A stretch of 64,000 nucleotides of DNA from an uncultured Gammaproteobacteria bacterium (GTDB lineage Bacteria; Patescibacteriota; Patescibacteriia; UBA1558; UBA10009), in assembly GCA_964588165.1 (NCBI GenBank), contig CAZPMS010000001.1, forward strand, positions 164,722 to 228,721, in the 5' to 3' direction. Below, piece by piece: positions 58,077 to 64,000 of the stretch. Positions within the stretch are counted from its first letter, which is position 1; each line of letters opens with the position of its first letter. A model generated the notes under the pieces. The model did no database searches. It was not told the DNA's origin and was given only the letters and a program-made list of their open reading frames with translations. Position numbers and translations under genes: made by a program.

Positions 58077-61076
58077 CTAAATTATATCTTTACAAAAGAA
58101 ACAATCAGGCTTATGATTTTTTAATTCTTTTTCCCAATCACAATTTTTAATTTCCTCAATTGTTTTAACTATAAACTCTTCTGTTTCTTTAATATCTTCC
58201 TTGGAGGCCACAAAAGACATATCAATATTATCAATTTCATTCTCTAAATAATAATAAGATAACTCTTTAATTTTACCATCGAGGAATGTATTTGCAGCCA
58301 TTTGATATAAAATTAGCTGTCTTTTATCCTCCAGCCTTAATTTATCTTTAGGTTTGCCGGTTTTATAATCTATTATTTTATAACCATCTTTAAATTCATC
58401 AATTCTATCTATCTTACCTGTTACCATATATTTTTGAATTTTTATTCCAAATCCTTTTTCTAAATAAGCTGGTAAGGACCGGTCTATAAAATCGCTTTCA
58501 TAAAATCTTTTTAGAATATCTTTACCTTTTTTAAAATAACTATTCTTATCACTAACTGATTCATACCAATCGTCTATCCAGACCTCTTGATAAATGTTAA
58601 GCAAATAATCAAGACTTACTAAATCTCTAATGGTTTTTGATTTCTTACCTTTTCGGTCTGTCCCGAGCGAAGCCGAGGGACCCCTTAGTTTTGAATCCGT
58701 CTGGTCAAAAAGACCAACTTGACTAGAGCCTTGTCTGCGTTTAACTTCTTCATAAAATTTCTGCAGCGCTAGATGAATTGTTGAACCAAAACTAAAGCGA
58801 AAATTACCTTTTGAAGGAACCTTTAATATTGTGTTATAAAAATAAGCTCGTTTACATAGTTTAAAACTGGACAGTTGCGAAAATGAAAATCTAGTCGGTA
58901 ATGGATATTTATAGGTTGTAGGTTGTAGATTGTAGGTTGTAGGTTTAATTTTTTCAATTGACTCAAGTTTCTCATTTTTAGAAGATTTTTGTTTTGATTG
59001 ACTGAATCTTAAATCATCTAGGAAAACTGAAATTTTCTTGTTCCTTACACCGCCATAATCTTCGGCTGAAGTAAAATACAGGCCTTCCTTGGCACGCGTC
59101 ATGCCTACATAAAACAACCGCCTTTCTTCTTGTAAATGAATATTGCCTTCCGGGATAATTTCCTTAACCAAACTATCTGGCAATAAAATTGGATCTTTCC
59201 TTTCTGAAGTTGGGAAGCGCCTATCTACCATATTCACTAAAAAAACATGTTTAAATTCCAAACCTTTAGCTCCATGAACTGTCATCACTTTTACCATTTC
59301 TGGACTCTCATCTTCTGTTAACGGCTGGATATCACCTTGTTCGCCCGATTCTATTTCTAAACCTAACTGCTTTAAAAAGTTTTTTACTGATTTATCGTCG
59401 TTTAATTCTTCAAAAACCTTTATTCGCCTATAAAATTGGCCCAGGTATGAAAATTGCTGCCTTTTATTAAATTCATCTAAAGAATCAACATATTTTAGAT
59501 AACCTGACTCATTTAAAAAATCAAAAATAATTCTGCTGGTTTTGGCATTCTTGGCCTGGCTAATAAATTTTTCTAATAAACGGACTGACTTATCTAACTC
59601 AGCCTGGCTCACATCTGATAATCTGATCAATGCCCGGGCCTGCCTGGCCACTTCGTACAAATTCCATCTTTTTTTATAAGCTTGATGGGTAATTTTTATT
59701 ATTTCTTCCTGCTCCATTTTAAAAATCGGCATAGTTAAATACCTATACATGGCATCTGATTCATGGAAATCATCAAGTAACTTTAAAAAGGCTACCAAAT
59801 TTAAAATGACCGGTTTTGCATAAAGGCCTTTAGAGGCCACGAATTGATAAGGAATTCCGGCCCGTTCCAAACCTTCAATAAACGGCTTAGCCTGGTTATT
59901 GGCCCTTACCAATATTGCGAAATTTGACCAATTATTTTTTAGTGGATCTTTTTTGTAAAGTGAGCCGATTTTATTTATTACTTTTGCCACCTCTTCGTCA
60001 GCAGTAGGCAAATGCAAATGTTCAATGGTGCCTTTAGATTTTGAAGGTGACTTTAATTCCTTGGAAAGTTTTTTATTGCCTATTTTAAGCTGGGCTTCCA
60101 AACGGTTAGGATTATTGAGCTGAATGAATTTATAGGCTAAATCTAAAATATTCTGCTTGGTTCGGTAATTGATACTTAAATAAACTTCTGCAGATTTTGG
60201 AAAATCTTTTTTAAATTCTAAAATGTTTGAAATTGATGCTCCGCGGAATTTATAGATTGACTGATCATCATCCCCTACCACAGTGATGTTGTTTTGAGGC
60301 AGGGCTAAAAGTTTAATTAATTGATACTGGGCATAATTAGTATCCTGAAATTCATCAACCAAAACATATTTAAATTGATTTTGGTATTGTTTTAAAATCT
60401 TAGGCCGTTTTTGGAAAAGTTCATAACAATAATTTATTAAATCACCAAAATCCAAATAATCATTATCCAATAGCAGTTGCTGATACACATGATAAGCATT
60501 GGCTACTTCTTCTAATCTTTTAACTTCAAGAGCTGCGTCTTCATCTTTCCTTAAATCATTATCCAAACGATATGATTCGGCATATTTAAGATAATCTTTT
60601 GGTTCTACCATTTCGTCTTTGGCTTTGGAAAAATGTTTTAGCAAGGCATGAATAAATTTATTAGGATTGCCAAGGGGCTTATAATAATCCAGATCAAACT
60701 TATTTAAATTATTCCTAACCAACAACCAGGCTGCTGTTTGGTCTAAAACTTTAAATTCCGTGGTTAAACCGACTTCCAAACCGTGCTTTTTTAAAATCCG
60801 TTCAGCAAAAGCATGGAAAGTGGAAATCCATAAATCCACATAACCCATTGGTAAAGCCCTATCCACCCGCTCCTCCATTTCTGCGGCCGCCTTTTCCGTA
60901 AAAGTTAAAGCCAATACTTCTTCCGGCTGGATTTTTTGCTTGGTAATAAGCCAGTTTATCCTTTCGGTAATAACGGTGGTTTTACCGGTACCGGCGCCGG
61001 CCACAATTAAAAGCGGCCCCTTTGCATGTTGAACCGCCTTTTTCTGCTCTGGATTTAACTTGTCTGCATAACTCAT
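58077..61076 (-). CDS. UvrD/PcrA-family superfamily-1 helicase fused to a C-terminal PD-(D/E)XK (RecB/AddA-like) nuclease domain with a 4-Cys cluster
   Basis: Walker A AGAGTGKTT at the N-terminus and UvrD motifs. The C-terminal region has ...DYKTGKPKDK and CDWEKELKNHKPDCFFCKD Cys residues. 999 aa. Contains an (aggttgt)x5 heptamer repeat at 58913-58946. Confidence 0.8.
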   Translation of the reverse strand: MSYADKLNPEQKKAVQHAKGPLLIVAGAGTGKTTVITERINWLITKQKIQPEEVLALTFTEKAAAEMEERVDRALPMGYVDLWISTFHAFAERILKKHGLEVGLTTEFKVLDQTAAWLLVRNNLNKFDLDYYKPLGNPNKFIHALLKHFSKAKDEMVEPKDYLKYAESYRLDNDLRKDEDAALEVKRLEEVANAYHVYQQLLLDNDYLDFGDLINYCYELFQKRPKILKQYQNQFKYVLVDEFQDTNYAQYQLIKLLALPQNNITVVGDDDQSIYKFRGASISNILEFKKDFPKSAEVYLSINYRTKQNILDLAYKFIQLNNPNRLEAQLKIGNKKLSKELKSPSKSKGTIEHLHLPTADEEVAKVINKIGSLYKKDPLKNNWSNFAILVRANNQAKPFIEGLERAGIPYQFVASKGLYAKPVILNLVAFLKLLDDFHESDAMYRYLTMPIFKMEQEEIIKITHQAYKKRWNLYEVARQARALIRLSDVSQAELDKSVRLLEKFISQAKNAKTSRIIFDFLNESGYLKYVDSLDEFNKRQQFSYLGQFYRRIKVFEELNDDKSVKNFLKQLGLEIESGEQGDIQPLTEDESPEMVKVMTVHGAKGLEFKHVFLVNMVDRRFPTSERKDPILLPDSLVKEIIPEGNIHLQEERRLFYVGMTRAKEGLYFTSAEDYGGVRNKKISVFLDDLRFSQSKQKSSKNEKLESIEKIKPTTYNLQPTTYKYPLPTRFSFSQLSSFKLCKRAYFYNTILKVPSKGNFRFSFGSTIHLALQKFYEEVKRRQGSSQVGLFDQTDSKLRGPSASLGTDRKGKKSKTIRDLVSLDYLLNIYQEVWIDDWYESVSDKNSYFKKGKDILKRFYESDFIDRSLPAYLEKGFGIKIQKYMVTGKIDRIDEFKDGYKIIDYKTGKPKDKLRLEDKRQLILYQMAANTFLDGKIKELSYYYLENEIDNIDMSFVASKEDIKETEEFIVKTIEEIKNCDWEKELKNHKPDCFFCKDII

Positions 61077-61206
61077 ATAGCCCTATTTTAGCATAAAAAC
61101 CTTTTATTCAAAACTATTCTAATACTTGACATAAATCCAATTTTTTGATAATTTAACTTATTAAAAGAACATTTAAAGCCAACGATATCCTAGTGGGAGA
61201 AAAAAA

Positions 61207-61623
61207 ATGAGGATTACAATTTTTTACCAAGGTGGGCAAGACGACACTCAACGATTCAATGGTAAAGACACGCCATTTAACCCGGAAAAAACAGTTGTAG
61301 CAAACATATTTGCTATACTGAAAACTATTCACCGGGAAAAGAAAAAGGGGAAATACAGAGGGAAACAATCAAGTTACCATATCGCCTTTACTGATAAAGA
61401 TATGAGATATATCTTTCATCAATTTGAAAGTATAACCGGTTATTTGCCGGAATGGTCACGTAATGTTCACTCTCTTTTTGAATTAATATTGGGGTATTTA
61501 AAAGTTCAAGAAAACTACCATGAGTTAAATATCTCGATCTTGGAGTTAGCTGCTATACCGGCCGAAGGAGTAATGGTAGCGTCTGAATCATCACTTCATT
61601 GTCTTAATGTTAAATTTGGCTAA
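61207..61623 (+). CDS. Hypothetical protein (GC-richer)
   Basis: 138 aa; GGGAGA RBS; hairpin terminator at about 61640-61675. Confidence 0.4.
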   Translation: MRITIFYQGGQDDTQRFNGKDTPFNPEKTVVANIFAILKTIHREKKKGKYRGKQSSYHIAFTDKDMRYIFHQFESITGYLPEWSRNVHSLFELILGYLKVQENYHELNISILELAAIPAEGVMVASESSLHCLNVKFG

Positions 61624-61684
61624 ATCGTCAATCTAGCTTTCCAACTCCGGACACCAGTCTGGAGTTTTTCTTTATATTGACATA

Positions 61685-61881
61685 TTGACAAAAAAAGCAT
61701 AATCATTTAATATGGCCTTATAATCGTAATTTTGGGACAGGCCGTTGCTAAGTAAACGGTTTACTCGGCAAGCTAGCTATTATTGCTTCCAATGGCCTGT
61801 CCTCGTTTTTCCCCCACGGCATGGGACAAAAGTCTCATGCCACCCCTGATCCCGCTTCTACAGTTGAGGCGGGATTTTTTT
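61685..61881 (+). ncRNA. Candidate stand-alone sRNA, about 160 nt. It has a TTGACA-17-TAATAT promoter at 61685-61713 and an intrinsic terminator (cccgc...gcggg + U7) at 61851-61881.
   Basis: Two strong internal helices (gggacaggcc...ggcctgtcc enclosing about 65 nt, and ggcatg...catgcc); GC-rich; no + strand coding gene downstream. Confidence 0.4.
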
Positions 61882-61916
61882 GTTTAAAAAAACGCCTCTT
61901 TTTTTAAAAGAGACGT

Positions 61917-62378
61917 TTAGAGAACATGCTTTGTGTATTCTCTTACTTTAGGCGTAGTCAAATCCAACAGAATAATCTCCTCAGCTGCCTGCGGTGTTAC
62001 CAAATCTAGATAAATTTCGGGCAAGTTACCGTTGGCTTGGCTAATTATTTCAGCTGCCTGCTTTGGGCTATATTTCCCAAAAATTATCAGCCAGCCAAAG
62101 CCATGCCAAATGCTCCATTCATCAAAAATTTCCTCTTCGCACCTTAATGAGCTAATTACTTCCCAGGGGGTTTGCCTTAAAAACATTTTGTGCCATAACT
62201 GATGAGGCGGCTGGTCTAGCCTGATTTTATTCCATCCTTGGCCATTAGGCTTCATGCCAAAAAAATTAGAAGCATCTCTAATAGCCTCAGGCCGACTCCT
62301 GGGAATACAATGATGAATTGAAATACCCCGATCAAGCCTCCCAGACCAATCTCTGTAAACTAAAAAGGGGTCCTCCAT
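61917..62378 (-). CDS. HNH-like endonuclease domain protein (putative), GC-richer
   Basis: ISIHHCIPRS...N...LDQPPHQLWH resembles an HNH core (HH...N...H) but without the Cys zinc finger; 153 aa. Confidence 0.3.
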   Translation of the reverse strand: MEDPFLVYRDWSGRLDRGISIHHCIPRSRPEAIRDASNFFGMKPNGQGWNKIRLDQPPHQLWHKMFLRQTPWEVISSLRCEEEIFDEWSIWHGFGWLIIFGKYSPKQAAEIISQANGNLPEIYLDLVTPQAAEEIILLDLTTPKVREYTKHVL

Positions 62379-62513
62379 TTTGAACCTCCTCTTGTTAAAT
62401 TAAATGTTCAGTTTTCTTTATTTAATCTTAATATTTTTACTAGATTTTGACTAGTGGATATTTAAAAAACCGCTCCAAATTGAAACGGTTTTTTTATATT
62501 CTATTAGCTTATT

Positions 62514-64000
62514 TTAACTTGCGAATCCGGAAACCAATGATACAGCTTTATTCTGGCCATTAGCAATAGCTAACTTGGCATCCTCCACAGCGGGCTTGGA
62601 ACAATCCATAAAGAGCTGTTTATCTTGCCTGCGGATAGTTACTATTTTTGCCTTATCATCATCATGAGCAAGTTCTATAATTCTGTCTTCTGATTCTGAT
62701 CTCAAAACATTATAGTTCATGTCAGCAAAAGCCGTAATTAAATTTTCCTGAAATAAATCCAAAGCTTTCTCTGAATTTTGCCAATTAAAGAATGGTTCCA
62801 GTTCAGTTTGTGGCACAACTGTTGATTCTTCACCCTTTAAGCCGGATTTATTATTTTTGAATAGCGGAACCAAAACTAATGGCGCCATTAAAGTTGTAAT
62901 AACTGTCATCATAATTGCTACACCAAAAATTTCTTGGTTAATAATTCCGGCAGCAAGCCCTACGCCGGCAACAATTAAAGCAACTTCTCCCCTGGGCAAC
63001 ATGCCAAAACCGATTCTAAGCGAGCCTAAAAAATTAAAGCCGCTGAATAAAGCTGGGAGTCCGGAACCAACAACTTTACCTATAATAGCAAATACAGTTA
63101 TTACCAATCCAAATACTACAGCAGACATCATAGCTTTAAAGTCAACTAACATTCCCATAACTGCAAAAAAGACCGGGACGATAATATGTGAAGCCCAAAC
63201 TAATTTTTCTTCCACTTCATGGCCAAGTTTAGTAACTGATAAAATTATACCAGCCAGGTATGCACCGATAATCATAGCCAAACCAAATTCTTCGGCCAAA
63301 GCTGCAACTAAGAAACATAAACCTGCTGTAATTGCTAAATAAGTTTTACCTTGGAACTTAAGCAATAAGTTAGATAATTTTTTAGCAAACAACATCCCTA
63401 GAATTAATAGGACGCCAATAAAGCCGATAGCTTTAACTCCTATCATTCCCAGTGCGCCTAAAGAGACATCTCCGCCGCTTGTGCCAAGAGAAATAACTAC
63501 GGCTAAAACTAAAATTCCTAAAATGTCATCAATAACTGCGGCCGCCAAAATTGATACACCTTCCGAAGTATCTAATTTATAAATATCTGATAAGACCCGA
63601 GCCGTAATACCAACTGAAGTGGCCACCATTACGGCACCCATAAATAAGGCTGGCACAGCAAACATAGAATCAGCAAAACCGAATAATACTGTTCCCCAAG
63701 CGCCTAAAAAGAATGGCAAAACAACACCGCCAATGGCAACACCTAAAGCTTTAACGCCATATTTCATAAACATCTTGGCGTCTGTTTCCAAGCCGACCAA
63801 AAATAATAAAATAATTGCGCCAATTTGAGCGAAAACATATAGTTCCGGCGAAACCGGAATAGCGGCAGCGTGCCCGTCTAAACCGTGAGGTATAGGAAAC
63901 AGCTGTCCAAAAAACGGCAGGTTTAGGGCGCCTAAAGCGTAGGGTCCAATTACCATACCGGCGATCAGTTCACCCAAAACGGATGACTGGCCCATTCTTT
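62514..64000 (-). CDS. Cation/proton antiporter (CPA2, KefB/NapA-like) with a C-terminal regulatory domain; partial, N-terminus beyond window end
   Basis: Ten or more TM helices with SVLGELIAGMVIGP at the N-terminal region of the ORF. The ORF runs to the window edge. Confidence 0.7.
   Translation of the reverse strand, partial: RMGQSSVLGELIAGMVIGPYALGALNLPFFGQLFPIPHGLDGHAAAIPVSPELYVFAQIGAIILLFLVGLETDAKMFMKYGVKALGVAIGGVVLPFFLGAWGTVLFGFADSMFAVPALFMGAVMVATSVGITARVLSDIYKLDTSEGVSILAAAVIDDILGILVLAVVISLGTSGGDVSLGALGMIGVKAIGFIGVLLILGMLFAKKLSNLLLKFQGKTYLAITAGLCFLVAALAEEFGLAMIIGAYLAGIILSVTKLGHEVEEKLVWASHIIVPVFFAVMGMLVDFKAMMSAVVFGLVITVFAIIGKVVGSGLPALFSGFNFLGSLRIGFGMLPRGEVALIVAGVGLAAGIINQEIFGVAIMMTVITTLMAPLVLVPLFKNNKSGLKGEESTVVPQTELEPFFNWQNSEKALDLFQENLITAFADMNYNVLRSESEDRIIELAHDDDKAKIVTIRRQDKQLFMDCSKPAVEDAKLAIANGQNKAVSLVSGFAS

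Noticed and set aside
62857-63342. 161-aa + strand ORF
   Set aside because: Antisense within the antiporter gene.

Overview
This is an AT-rich (roughly one-third GC) bacterial chromosomal segment that is densely packed with housekeeping genes. The compact gene set, ribosomal proteins with low-complexity tails, a pilin-like protein, an L,D-transpeptidase and a cohesin-like surface protein are consistent with a small-genome Patescibacteria/CPR-like organism. That lineage call is inference only.

Recognisable genes include gap, pyrH-tsf-rpsB, rpmE, prfA-prmC, rplY, a SEDS (FtsW/RodA) protein, dnaE, a NUDIX hydrolase, thrS, split miaB, miaA, gatB, a tmk/thyA/folA/dCMP-deaminase dNTP-salvage cluster, rplA-rplK-nusG-secE, three tRNAs, corA, gyrB, pheST, a UvrD-family helicase fused to a nuclease, and a partial cation/proton antiporter.

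The main non-routine content is:
- A T-box riboswitch leader (AGGUGGAACCGCGG box plus a terminator hairpin) upstream of thrS.
- An ORF-free, GC-elevated, hairpin-dense 1.1 kb block between folA and a kinase gene. Sigma70-like promoters and intrinsic terminators on the minus strand delimit two candidate ncRNA units.
- A second candidate sRNA with its own promoter and terminator (61.7-61.9 kb).
- Three interspersed repeat families: a palindromic element in three copies, two of which directly flank a GxxExxY/PD-(D/E)XK gene; a family of long GTCATTSYGAG-armed palindromes; and a TACTAAT/ATTCGTAT-rich element sitting immediately 5' of three start codons.
- A tandem array of four small paralogous membrane-protein genes, each with its own duplicated promoter-UTR and terminator.
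- Three tRNA genes with non-canonical features (GGA anticodon on a class-I body, a 9-nt anticodon loop, an 8-nt T-loop).
- miaB split by a single in-frame UAA plus an 11-bp GC-rich tandem repeat.
- Heptamer tandem repeats inside prmC and the helicase.
- A large serine recombinase with adjacent palindromes.
- Several GC-richer, probably acquired, small genes.
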